A stretch of 40,432 bases of DNA, taken from NCBI RefSeq assembly GCF_001194135.2, contig NC_068982.1:123520965-123561396 (forward strand), given 5' to 3'. The DNA comes from Octopus bimaculoides (lineage: Eukaryota). Position numbers and translations under genes: made by a program. The stretch's first letter is position 1, and each line of letters begins with the position of its first letter. This document shows, in pieces, positions 1-11,211 of the stretch. The notes beneath the pieces are model-generated. The model was given only the letters and a program-made list of their open reading frames with translations. It did no database searches and was not told the origin of the DNA.

Positions 1-39
<39 letters not shown>
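1..39. repeat. (TA)n microsatellite
   Basis: Direct: uninterrupted TA run at the window start. Confidence 0.97.
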
Positions 40-41
<2 letters not shown>

Positions 42-1047
42 CCCCAGATTAACCTCAGTAATGATTGCCTGACACATGTATGCATTCTTTTGCTTACTCG
101 TGTAGTGAAATCTGTGGGATATGAATAGAAATAATTTCGCAACAAATAACAACAGCGGCATCATAAATAGGTTGACAACTTTCGGCGAGAGCGAGCTGCA
201 CCGTGTGACACTACTGGAAAATATGACACCAAAATGACTGCCTGTATACAATTTATTTTTTGGCGATCATTTTCATTGTGATGTTGTTATATTATTTTAA
301 AAGAAAATCTTCGTGGAGTAAGTCCAGAAAAATGTTGAAAGTCACACTATGTTATGGCATGTGCATGTTTAATTGTTCGAAAAACCATAAAAGCACCGCT
401 TCGAGAGCGGGAAAGGGAGAACGGACGATATGAATAGATCATAAATGAGAAAATATTTAAGAGGAATCTCAGTATCACCCTCGTATACCATATTGACACA
501 TGCGCGCGCAGGCACGCACACACACACACAAGTAACTTTTAATACGCCGAGTAAGAGAAAGAAAGGTGGGTGTGAGGAATACGTAGCTTCAAGGAGAGAG
601 AGGTTAAGTTGACAATGATTGTTCACAGGTGGCTTTTCTCCGGTCCATCGCAAAGAAACACTCACACAGAGACACACACAATATCTATAAAAGACAAGAT
701 GTGTGTGTGTATGTGTGTACGGGAATATAATTTATGCACGTCCACAAATTAGCACGCATGTCGCTCCAATTTTAGGAGGACATTCGTCATGACCCTATCT
801 GCATTTTCGTCAATTTTTTCTCTCAGAGGCGCACCCGAGTCCTGTGTATTCATCATTATTTTATTTTATTTGATTTTAGAAAAACTGAAGCATTTCTTTG
901 ACAATTCCAGGACGTATTGAACTTATTGGTGCGTGACTTTTGGCCCATCCTTTGTGTGTGTGTGTGCATGCATGTGTGTATGCACCAGCATGGTTGCAAG
1001 TCTCGAGCTGAAGCTACTTAAAGCATATATAAAATCAATTTAACATT

Positions 1048-1217
1048 AGGCGCAGGAGTGGTTGTGTGGTAAGTAGCTTGCTTATCAACCACATGGTCCT
1101 GGGTTCAGTCCCACTGTGTGGCACATTGGGCAAGTGTCTTCTACTATAGCCTCAGGCTGACCAAAGTCTTGTAAGTGGATTTGATAGATGGAAACTGAAA
1201 GAAGCCCATCGTATATG
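1048..1217 (+). mobile_element. tRNA-head SINE family A, 5' part
   Basis: ggcgcaggagtggttgtgtggtaag (A-box-like) ... gggttcagtccc (B-box-like) ... gtggatttgatagatggaaactgaaagaagccc; the same block recurs >10 times in the window. Confidence 0.88.
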
Positions 1218-1689
1218 CCAGGACTGTGGCATTTTGTCTCTCCAGAATATTGAAAGAAGACTTATGGTTATGAAATCTGATTCTGAAGAGACTATCTGTC
1301 GCTCCCACATTCTTCCTCACATTTGGTTGCATATTTAGGTTTTTTATATTACCCCTGCCTCATATACGACCATCTCCGTGTTACAGTGGCTGTTAGGAGG
1401 ACATGTAGTTATATTTCTACATGAATATACTGCCTCTATCTCCATGTGGGTCTACCTACCAATATCTTTTTACATTAGGTGCACAACTAAAGGAAACTAC
1501 GATATTGTGGCTATTAAAAATTTTACTGAACCTATTCATATGGGGAAAGTGTTTATCCACTAAGCTAATGAAAATCCTACCCAAACAAGTTTTAACGCTT
1601 CAAGAGAAAGGGCTGTAACCATCTTCCGATGGCCTTTTCTCTTGGAGAGGTTGGGGGTCTGGCATATAAGTTATTTGTTTGTGGTGGTG

Positions 1690-1925
1690 GTGGTTCTCCG
1701 TCATTCAATGATGAGGTTTCATTTGTTCGATCAATTGAGTTGACATATAAGTAGTTGAGCATTCCATAGATATGTGTACCTTTAATGAATCAGCGTTATA
1801 CAGTGACTGACAAGGCTGTACAACCCACTTGACAGGTTTCTATATTATTTCCAACTACTCAATCTCACTCAAATGGTATGAGTCAACCCGAAGTGTACAG
1901 AAAATGATATTTGTTCAAGGTTACA
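1690..1925 (-). mobile_element. degraded SINE (family D), reverse orientation
   Basis: Loose similarity by eye to the reverse complement of the 26338-26585 SINE near its right end; heavily decayed. Confidence 0.35.
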
Positions 1926-2409
1926 ATCGGGGAAATAGACCAGATACTGGGCCTAGTGAATTCTCCGACAGCCACTTCTGACTCTTTCCAGAGGTATGGC
2001 AAGGAGCTGAATCCTGCCGCCACATATCTGGCCTTCCAGCAGCAACCCTTTCCAGCTATGGATTGACTATAATCTCCAGCTGTTCACATAGCCATCTGAA
2101 TTGAGCCTGAGGCCCTGTTCAAAGATGTTGGATGAATTCTAGTGTACGGACACAGTCAGAAAGTCTGCTGTGTCCTTTCCTGCTGGACACGTCAACGTAG
2201 TCTCTGTTGCAGCCGTCCATGTCACGTCTTACAATCTTCACAGTGTTTACAAAGCATGTAGCAGCAGTCATGGTGTCGGCATTTTGATACCCGGCGCAAA
2301 TCATCATAATATAGTTTAGTCTTTTCCAATTTTCAGATGGTTCCCAGTCCACCATATCAGCTAACTTTTTCTCAACAATAATTCTAATCTTTATGCTCTC
2401 CAACGCCAT
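1925..2409 (-). mobile_element. Tc1/mariner (maT/DD37D-like) transposase remnant, internally deleted
   Basis: ORF 2119-2409 gives an N-terminal MVDWEPSENWKR...RKGHSRLSDCVRTLEFI. Shifted frames then give IFEQGLRLNSDGYV, LERVAAGRPDMWRQDSAPCHTSGKSQKWLSEN and a frameshifted W-x-x-x-SPDxNP-like segment, i.e. the second catalytic Asp (QDxAPxH) and SPDLNP motifs of Tc1/mariner. Contains stops and frameshifts. Confidence 0.8.
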
Positions 2410-2479
2410 TCACCAAAACATCAAGCTGTTCCTGAAAAAAAAAACAAACATAAAATATCAATTTAGCCTGAACACCTTA

Positions 2480-2622
2480 TGTGTGCGTGTATTTATGTGC
2501 GCATGCGCGACAGACTTCCACGAACTAGATTAACTCACACAGCGTTTGTCAGCCTGAATGCCGTACAGAGGGGCTGAACCTGAAACCATGTGATTTCGAA
2601 GCGAATTTCTCCCTCACGCTGC
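2480..2622 (-). mobile_element. degraded family A SINE head
   Basis: ctcacacagcgtttgtcagcctgaatgccgta...gaacctgaaaccatgtg...gccacgcct matches the reverse complement of family A. Confidence 0.6.
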
Positions 2623-3319
2623 CACGCCTATGTCTAAGAAATCCTAAGAATTCAAACCTAGAAAACTATGGAGTATCTCTTGAAGTGAATAGCAATAACT
2701 TTACGGTTAAAAACATCAATGAAAATAGTAGTTAGTGACGTAAACAGTTGTTGGTACCGCCAACGTTTACAAACATTAACTTGTCTAGGAATTTACAATG
2801 TTTGTAAATGACCCTCAATCACCTCTCTCCGATGTAAACAATGCAGTTTCACTATCATATAAGGCTACTACAGTAAAATATTTCCTATAACCTTGGTTTG
2901 GAATACTACGAAACTGTTAACATGCTACAAAACTTGAAAGTAACCTTTTCACTGGCAAGGAGAGACATAAGATAACATTTTTGGCGAGCTTGCCAGGGTT
3001 TTGGCTTTTAACGAGGATATGTTTTCTTTCTTTCTTTGAATAACATTAATCAAGGTAAATTTGAGAATATTACAATAATAAATCAGTGAAAAAAGAACAA
3101 AATTTACATAAGTAAACAGTAAGAAAATGCAAAAAAGAATTAAAAGGTGTGCAAAGTGAAACAAACTGTACTGAAGAAAAATAAAAGGTAAAAATGATCG
3201 TTGATAATCGATATTATATAAAATGCTTTTGATTTATTTGAACTTTCTTTTAATTAGAAAAATGAAATATAATAAACATACATGTATGTTTGCGTGCGCA
3301 TATATATATATATAAGTTC

Positions 3320-3560
3320 AAAAAAAGACAAAAAACAACAACGTGAGGACGTGATACGGATAGTGTTATTAGACGCTCGGGAAAGGAAAGAGAGACAGTA
3401 TGACGTTTCGGGCGGAGCCCTTCGTCGGAAACAAGGAAAGTTCAAAGAATGGAAAAACGGAGGAAGAAAAAATCGGCATCGATGCCAACGAGGTTACATT
3501 GTGGAAGGACCGGAAGTGGTGGAGGAAAAGTTCTTTCTAAGACAGGAGAGTGAAAAAGTG
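3320..3560 (-). mobile_element. probable Penelope-like terminal-repeat fragment
   Basis: Contains GACGTTTCGGGCGGAGCCCTTCGTCGG, the reverse complement of the PLE-typical CYGANGAAGGG..CCCGAAACGTC motif, within a pyrimidine-rich minus-strand tract. Confidence 0.5.
3398..3432 (-). ncRNA. minimal type-I hammerhead ribozyme-like motif (U4C variant)
   Basis: Minus strand guuu-CCGACGA-a-gggc-ucc-gccc-GAAA-C-GUC-auac: 4-bp stem II, palindromic ACGU stem III, stem I 3/4 paired. Confidence 0.55.
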
Positions 3561-3630
3561 AGGTGAATATGTGTGCGTGCGCGAGGATCTGCAAGTGTGT
3601 GTGTAATAACAGAACGTGTGTGTGCATATG

Positions 3631-3791
3631 NNNNNNNNNNNNNNNNNNNNNNNNNNNNNNNNNNNNNNNNNNNNNNNNNNNNNNNNNNNNNNNNNNNNNN
3701 NNNNNNNNNNNNNNNNNNNNNNNNNNNNNNNNNNNNNNNNNNNNNNNNNNNNNNNNNNNNNNNNNNNNNNNNNNNNNNNNNNNNNNNNNNN
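3631..3791. other. assembly gap (N)
   Basis: Direct. Confidence 0.99.
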
Positions 3792-4233
3792 GTGTGTGTG
3801 TGTGTGTGTGCGTGTATATGCGTAGTATGTGTTCGTGTATGTGTCACTGTTTGTTGTGTGTATGTGAGTTATGTGTGGGTTCATTTGCGTGTGTGTACAT
3901 GTATGTGCACCTGGGTGTGTGTGTAGGTTCAATTGCATGTGTGTGTAAGTGTGTTCGTTTCTACATGTGTGTGTATGTACCTTGTAAGTGCGTGTTGTGT
4001 ATGTGTAGGAGTTATGTGCGGGTTCATTTGCATGTGTGTATATGTGGGTTCGTTTGTGCCGGTGTGTGTGTGTGTATGGATGTATGTGGATGTGCGTGCG
4101 TGTGTTTGTGTGGGGTTGTAGGTGTTGGGTGCGTATTTTGTACGTGCGCGTGTGTGTATGTGTATGTTTTTGTGCGTGCGTGTGTGTTTGTGTATATGTG
4201 CGTTGCTGTGTACGTGTATATATATATATATAT
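3792..4233. repeat. degenerate (TG)n/(TA)n low-complexity tract
   Basis: Direct; explains the Val/Cys-rich ORFs. Confidence 0.9.
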
Positions 4234-4320
4234 AGGCGTAGGAGTAGCTGTGTGGTAAGTCCCGGGTTCAGTGTCTTCTACTATAGCCTCGGGCCGACCA
4301 AAGCCTTGTGAGTGGATTTG
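4234..4320 (+). mobile_element. family A SINE head with internal deletions, cut by the gap
   Basis: aggcgtaggagtagctgtgtggtaagt|cccgggttcagtg|tcttctactatagcctcgggccgaccaaagccttgtgagtggatttg. Confidence 0.85.
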
Positions 4321-4904
4321 NNNNNNNNNNNNNNNNNNNNNNNNNNNNNNNNNNNNNNNNNNNNNNNNNNNNNNNNNNNNNNNNNNNNNNNNNNNNNNNN
4401 NNNNNNNNNNNNNNNNNNNNNNNNNNNNNNNNNNNNNNNNNNNNNNNNNNNNNNNNNNNNNNNNNNNNNNNNNNNNNNNNNNNNNNNNNNNNNNNNNNNN
4501 NNNNNNNNNNNNNNNNNNNNNNNNNNNNNNNNNNNNNNNNNNNNNNNNNNNNNNNNNNNNNNNNNNNNNNNNNNNNNNNNNNNNNNNNNNNNNNNNNNNN
4601 NNNNNNNNNNNNNNNNNNNNNNNNNNNNNNNNNNNNNNNNNNNNNNNNNNNNNNNNNNNNNNNNNNNNNNNNNNNNNNNNNNNNNNNNNNNNNNNNNNNN
4701 NNNNNNNNNNNNNNNNNNNNNNNNNNNNNNNNNNNNNNNNNNNNNNNNNNNNNNNNNNNNNNNNNNNNNNNNNNNNNNNNNNNNNNNNNNNNNNNNNNNN
4801 NNNNNNNNNNNNNNNNNNNNNNNNNNNNNNNNNNNNNNNNNNNNNNNNNNNNNNNNNNNNNNNNNNNNNNNNNNNNNNNNNNNNNNNNNNNNNNNNNNNN
4901 NNNN
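4321..4904. other. assembly gap (N)
   Basis: Direct. Confidence 0.99.
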
Positions 4905-4983
4905 ATATATATATATATATGTATAAAATAAATCAAACGCATTTTACAAAACGTAGATCATTGCCGATTATCACGGTCAGTTG

Positions 4984-5053
4984 GTTTACCTTTCAGTTAA
5001 CTAGTGCAAATTTGTTCAACTTTTCCCGCCATCTGATATGTACAAAGCGCGAA
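4984..5053 (-). promoter_or_regulatory. candidate promoter/first-exon element (E2F-like and YY1-like motifs, minus-strand splice donor)
   Basis: TTTCCCGC at 5022-5029 overlaps CCGCCATCT at 5026-5034; GCGCGAA at 5047-5053; minus-strand AAG|GTAAAC donor at 4990/4989; unique CpG-retaining sequence. Motif evidence only. Confidence 0.22.
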
Positions 5054-5787
5054 GGAGTTGGGGTAAAAAAAATCAGCAAACAAATAAACTAAATAAATTT
5101 TCAGAACACGATACAAGTCAGTTACTTGATGACCTCGAATGTGTGTATATGTTTGCGTGCGTGTGTTTGAAGTTAGTAACAAGAAGGCTACCTTGAAAAA
5201 TAACTACCAAATGTTGATAATATCCTAAGAATTCGAAGAAAGTCAACGATGAAGTATTGCAAAAATAATACTCTATTTATATTTTTAATTTGAGTAAGCC
5301 AAAATAAACATAAAAAATAAAACAAAAAAGCTAAGCTAAACTTAAAAAGCATGTACTATGAATATTGAATGGGAAAGTAGTATGAAATTATATAAAGTGT
5401 AAATACTACAACTGAAAGAATAAACAGTCGGCTAGATATATATGTGGTGCGACTGTTTTACTAACGGATCTATAATATAATTTGAAACAAACTAAAAAAT
5501 TGTATTGTATCATATAGTGTCAGGTTTGCCAGTAAATATTTATAGACCAAGAGCCCCCAATCTACGGATTGCACAGTTCCAGTAGCGATCTGCACTAAAA
5601 GAATATTCTAATTTTGTTTCTATTTCATCGATTATCGCAGTCTGCAGAGTGTTTTAGCATTGTATATGAATATCATATATGCCATAATGAAATGATATAT
5701 TAAGAACTTCACTGTGGTTTGTTATGATCGTAATCCCCCAATCCGCGAAATATATATATATATAATCATCATATTATATATAGATAA

Positions 5788-6325
5788 TAATCATCTTCAT
5801 CGTTTAAGGTCCGTTTTCCATGCTAGCATGGGTTGGACGATTTGACTGAGGACTGGCGAACCAGATGGCTGCACCAGGCTCCAATCTGATCTGGCAGAGT
5901 TTCTACAGCTGGATGCCCTTCCTAACGCCAACCACTCCGAAAGTGTAGTGGGTGCTTTCACGTGCCACCGGCACGAGGGCCAGTCAGGCGATACTGGCGA
6001 CAGCCACGCTCAAAATGGTGTATTTTACGTGCCACCTGCACAGGAGCCAGTCCAGCGGCACTGGCAACGACCTCGCTCAAATGTCTTTTCACGTGCCACC
6101 GGCACAAGTGCCAGTAAGGTGACGCTGGTAACAATCATGCTCAAATGGTGCTATTTACGTGCCGCTGACACGGAAGCCAGACAGTTGCTCTGGCAACAAT
6201 CACACTCGGATGGTGCTCTTAGCGCTCCACTGGTACAGGTGCCATCACGATTTCGTTTTCACTTGCCCCAAAAGGTCTTTGCAAGCCGAGTTTAGTGTCC
6301 ACTGAAGGAGAGGTTGCCATGGGTG
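5788..6325 (-). mobile_element. long (ATG)n-tailed RTE-3'-end element with four ~65-bp subrepeats
   Basis: Tail catcttcatcgttta..., core ctggatgcccttcctaacgccaaccact, acgtgcc units at 5960/6027/6091/6157; homologous to 20345-20935. Confidence 0.85.
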
Positions 6326-6544
6326 CCAGAAGATAAAGCATATTTTCTCCTTTAAGAGATGAACCAGGGGTTAGTATTTGTTCCTAGTTATGTTTATGAT
6401 GTGCTTTTACTAGAACATATCCTTGGTGATAATGGCATTCACAAATCTGGAGAAATTTTGAGGGTTCCAGCTGCCTGCTGCTCCTGATTAAGAGGTATGT
6501 GGTGCAATGATGTTTACTTGGCATAAGTAGTGTTGTATTTTCTT

Positions 6545-8460
6545 GCTGTTAAAAGATACATGATTAGTATAGCTCTATTGGAGGATGGCTTCTGCAACAT
6601 ATGTAGTGTCTACAGGTATGGTTCAAGAAACGAGGAGGGTGTAAAGCTCCTAGTTCTGTGATGCAACTGATCTAACAATTTGCAACACAACACACTTGAA
6701 GAAACCAGCTGACCACCTCATGACATACTAATCTGGTGAACACACCAGTCAAATAGATTACATTCTCTCCAGGAAATGGGGTAGAAGGGCCTATTGTAAA
6801 TACCAAAGACTTTTTGGGTGATGAATGCACTGTGCAGCATAGACTAGTGGTTAGTGACTTCACAATTAAAGCTAGGCAGACACAGATAGAAAATGATATG
6901 GAGAAAGAATATAAGGAAAGTAAAAGATTCCACAGCTGGGTATAGTTTTAGAGAAATGCTAATTGATGTATTTGACTGCAGGAAGAAAGATTTAGATACT
7001 TATAGCATAGCTGACAACTAGGAATTTTTATAAAATAGCCTGCTTAGGACTACACATCATGTATGTGGCTGAAGCAAAGTCCTTGCCAAACTAAAATTAA
7101 TGTGGTAGTGGAATGATGTAGTTGATAGAATAGAAAAAGCTAAGACACAGGGTTGGAAAACCTAGTAGGAAGGTGGTTATAGGGAATATTATCAAATGGC
7201 AAAAAGAAGAGCAGCTAAGTGACAGATATACTTGATTAAGAATGAGACAGAAAGGAAGAGATTTGTACATGGCCTGCAGTGTGAGGATCAGAGGTGTGAA
7301 GTGTCCAGGATTGTGAGACAGTATGTGTGAGAGAACTATGATGTTACTGGTGTGAAAGAATGGTGAAGGCATAACCATCATTGATATGAAAAACAAGGTG
7401 TAAGTGTTATTATGAGAGGCTACTGAGTGTGGAGAATGCATGGGATAAAGAGGATCTACCTCATGCTAACCCAACAGAGGGACCAGCAATTCAGGCTGAC
7501 TACACTGTGATAAGTAAAGTGATTAAAGACATGAAGAACAGAAAAGCAGCAGGTTCATCAGGGCTAGGTGTTGGGATGCTCAAAATATTTGGTGAGGTAG
7601 GATACATGATTATTACCTGGATAGTTAATCAAGTCATACCCAATGATTACACATAACAGTATCATCATAAACTGCTACAAAGTCAAAGGAAACTACAGAG
7701 GACACAGACTACTGGATCAAGTTATGAAGGTCATGTGTCAGCAGCACAATTGACCCATGACAGAGTAGATCTAGATGAGATGCAGTTTGGATTCATACCC
7801 AGAAAAGTATCACAGATGCAATCTTCCTAGTGACGCAACTGTAGGAGAAGTATTTGGCTGAGAGTAAACCACTATTCCTGGAATCTGTTGACTTGTATGT
7901 GACATTAGACAGGGTACCACATTCAGTAACTTGGTAGTCACCGAGAAAACTAGGTATAGATGAATGGCTTGTGAGGGTTGTATAAGCTACGTACAAAGAT
8001 GCAGTAAGTAATGTGAAAGTCAACAATGATTTCAATGATGAATTTAACATGAAGGTTGGGGGTCCATCAAAGTTTAGTCCTAGCTGCTATAGTCCTCTGT
8101 CCTCTCCGATCTATCATAGTCATACAAGCCATCACATCAGAGTATAAGACTGACTGTCCATAGAAACTCCTACATGCTGATGGTCTAATCCTCATAACTG
8201 AATCTATAGTGTAATTAGAGAGGAAATTTCAGGTAGATTAGCTAAATCCAGAATTGACAGGGCTCAAGATTAACTTAGTAAAAACAAAGGTTGTAGTAAA
8301 AAAGAAGACAGGACCCTGGTAACTTCAGGGAAATGACCATACTCAATATGCAGAAAAAGTGTAAGTATAAACTACCATAAACTGTACCCAATGTAAGCTA
8401 AGGACACACAAGAGGTAGTAGAATCACAGGCATATTAACAGAAAAAGAAAGGTTTGCATA
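6545..8460 (+). mobile_element. degraded RTE-clade LINE ORF (APE endonuclease end, RT, PHD-like finger)
   Basis: Fragments across frames: YGSRNEEG..., HLMTYxSGEHTSQIDYIL (APE C-terminus); MENAWDKEDLPHANPTEGPAI...KAAGSSG; DEMQFGF; LLHADG (decayed YADD); NLVKTK; a decayed K-W-P-x-S-I-C..C-T-Q-C-K-L finger. Homologous to 33120-35250; many stops. Confidence 0.9.
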
Positions 8461-9230
8461 TAAAACTGGATTGAAAAAAGCATTTGTCAGCTTCTTGCTT
8501 CAAGAACAAGTCTTTTGATTCGAATTTTGAAAATCTACTTGACCAACATACAGTTTCCTAATTTTTAGTCAGCTGCCATAGGTACTGTCATAGACATTTT
8601 TCTTTCTCTTCTCTTATTGAGTTTCTATTACAGTTTGGTATTTATTTTACACCACAACTGATTTACAGAAGTCCTCTACACTTCCTGCTATCTATGTTGA
8701 CTTGTTTTACACACATACACGTGCGTGTGTGTGTGTGCGCAAATATTGGCAAATAAAAAAGCATTCAGTCAAACTTTCATGGCATGTGTTTCTAGTTATG
8801 CAAGAATGATTTTTGCCACTTTTCGATTGTTTTTTAATTCAAAAACTGGTTTTAAAATTGAAAGTTAAGCATTGAGAGAGAAAGAGAAGGGCAAAGAGAA
8901 AAGGGAATGAAAATAAGCGATAATAGTAAAGGGTGGAGGTATAGGAGTGGATGAATGGACAGATTTTTGTAAATTAAGAAGAATGTTTTGCCGAACAAAG
9001 TTATCTTCTGGTTTCTGTGAAGCCACACATCTTTAAGTAGAAATCATAATTCAACAATTGTTTGACATGGTTGGCTGGAGAAGTACTGAAATATATAGAG
9101 AGAGACACACCCAATACACACACACATTCATGTACACATGCATATACACAATATTTATGTATATGAATACAGGGAAGCATTGTGCAAACTAAATATGCAT
9201 ATGTTAGAGTCTCAGACGTGTACTATAGAG

Positions 9231-9491
9231 TAGGGGTTTTCAAACTGTGGTCCGCGGACCACAGGGGGTCCGTGGACAGCAAATACTTTTTATGGGCAAT
9301 TTGATTTTATATATGTTTTTTAATTGACAATAAACCTATTTGTTAAATACTGTTAAATAAATAAATGTAAAAATATATGTTATTTTAAGCAAATATTTAT
9401 GTATAAATTTCATAAGCATTTATAAGGGGGTCCCTAAGGTAAAGTCTGAAATATAAAGGGGTCCGCAAGTCAAAAAGTTTGAAAACCCCTG
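9231..9491. mobile_element. hAT (Charlie-like) MITE, 261 bp
   Basis: 16-bp TIRs TAGGGGTTTTCAAACT (9231-9246) and AGTTTGAAAACCCCTG (9476-9491), 15/16 match; perfect 8-bp TSD CTATAGAG (9223-9230, 9492-9499); subterminal GGGGTCC motifs. Confidence 0.93.
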
Positions 9492-11211
9492 CTATAGAGC
9501 ACGTAAAACTTTGATTAACTGAAAAAACCTTGAAATTAGAAGATAGAACTCCTTTTAGAGTCTTTAGAATTTAGATTTTAAAGAAGTAGCATAAACATGT
9601 TACATATTTAATCTAAGTAGTCAAATGATGCCTTAAAAACAAGGATATTTTTGGAAGATAAATTGAGATCAAGTTGTTAGTTTTTGTACCAAAACAGATT
9701 ATACTTAAAAATAGATTTTTAATTTTAGTTTCCTTTTTCTTTGTCTTATATTTTGATTTTTTTTTTCAGTCTTTTAGTCAGGAGAAATGGCAGTGCCAAA
9801 AGCCCTTTGCAGAGCTTCTGCAACTAGTGAGAATGGGTGAGGAAGGTACCCCTAAACTGGATATCTGGCCTGAATGCATGCAGCAATGTGGACACCCTAG
9901 GGCCTAGATGGTGGGGTTAAACTGGGCATTGGCTGCTATTTCTAGCAGATTGAGTAATCAAATAAAGGCTTTCTTGTTGGTTTATTTTAGACATGGTAGT
10001 TTAGGACATTGGTTTCAAGCATGTTTAAGACATCTAAATAATAGCATCTATGAATAGTTATAAACTGAAATGTAACTGATTTCTGGATATTGTGTTAACT
10101 ATGGTACCATTGAATCTCTATGAGTGGATTTACTTATCTTTTTTTTATTATTTTTAATCAGAAGTTCAGAGTGACTCAAGGGCTGAAAGTTTCATAAATA
10201 CAGAAAACTCTTGACCCTAGACTCACATTTATAACTTCTACCAATTATTGATAAAAAAGAAAATATGTATGTATGTATGTCATTATTCAGTTTATTTCAA
10301 GACTTCTTGCCAATAGAGAAAGAACTGGTTTCTAACCTAGATCCAAGGCTCCTTCATTGGAATTTCAACATCAACAACAGGTTATGTATGTATGTATACA
10401 TGCATGCATGCATATATGTAAGTATGTGCAGATTTGCATGTTGTATGTATGTATTTTCATGCATATAGTTGCATATCTAGACATGCTCATATATATTTAA
10501 ATGATAAACTGGAAAGTTTTACAGATTTTTACAGTTCAAGTGATGGATTGGATTTGTAGTCTTCAAATTAGCTTTCTCCTTTCTGGTTTTGAGAAGCCTA
10601 ATTTCTCAAGATTGGTATTTAGGCAGTGTGTTACATATCCCGGGGCCCCAATAATATGTATGTATGTATGTATGTATGCATGCATGTGTTAAAGCATGAC
10701 TGTTGGAGAAGATCATTCTGATATAAAACTGGATATGCAGGGCATTGAACATTTCCCTTTAGATTTTTAGTTTGTGCTTGAGATCATGACACTCCCGTAC
10801 TCCTGAGTCTGAGACCCATATTGACACTCGATATCTGGCTTTGGTTTGTTTCTGGGGTGTGCAAGGTTTGTAAAAACACTGCAATTTTTTAGTAAACTCA
10901 ACTGATTACTTTTCAATTGTGCATTCTCAGATTTAGTAAATAATAGTTATAAAGAATAAAAAAATTTTTTAATATATTTCAGTTGAAGCAGCCTTGGAGT
11001 AGAGAAGGCCCTTCATTGATTAGGTTGATTAATTGACTGAACAATTAATCAAACAATTCTTTAGTTAATTGGTTATTAAGTTAACCAATTGACAAATAAA
11101 TAAGAAGTGAAATAGAACTTGTGTGTGTTTTATTATTAGCTCAATGATTCTCCCAAGATACAATAAAATTTGTCAAATGTGTCACTTGGAAAACTTGACT
11201 TTCAAATATAA

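Noticed and set aside
682-730. Helitron-like 5' end (a|tctataaaa..gatgtgtg); similar at about 39839
   Set aside because: No matching hairpin-CTAG 3' end found downstream.
1048-1130. tRNA genes at SINE heads
   Set aside because: A/B boxes continue into SINE body, with no cloverleaf acceptor stem; these are SINEs.
3494-4942. Long ORFs rich in H/T, V/C or X
   Set aside because: Translations of (CA)/(TG) microsatellites and N gaps; the same applies to 14030-14932 and 21551-22649.
5960-6230. CRISPR-like regularly spaced repeats
   Set aside because: Units are contiguous diverged tandem repeats without unique spacers, in a eukaryotic retroposon.
5948-6295. 115-aa ORF (also 20454-20900, 148 aa)
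   Set aside because: Lies within the 65-bp subrepeat array of a non-coding repeat; no recognisable domain.
5788-8460. Twin-priming (5'-inverted) single RTE insertion
   Set aside because: The two head-to-head parts differ strongly in decay and CpG retention, and several hundred bp of ORF end are missing; separate insertions are more likely.
10298-10385. Possible small coding exon (DFLPIEKELVSNLDPRLLHW...)
   Set aside because: Weak splice sites, no recognisable protein, no partner exons.
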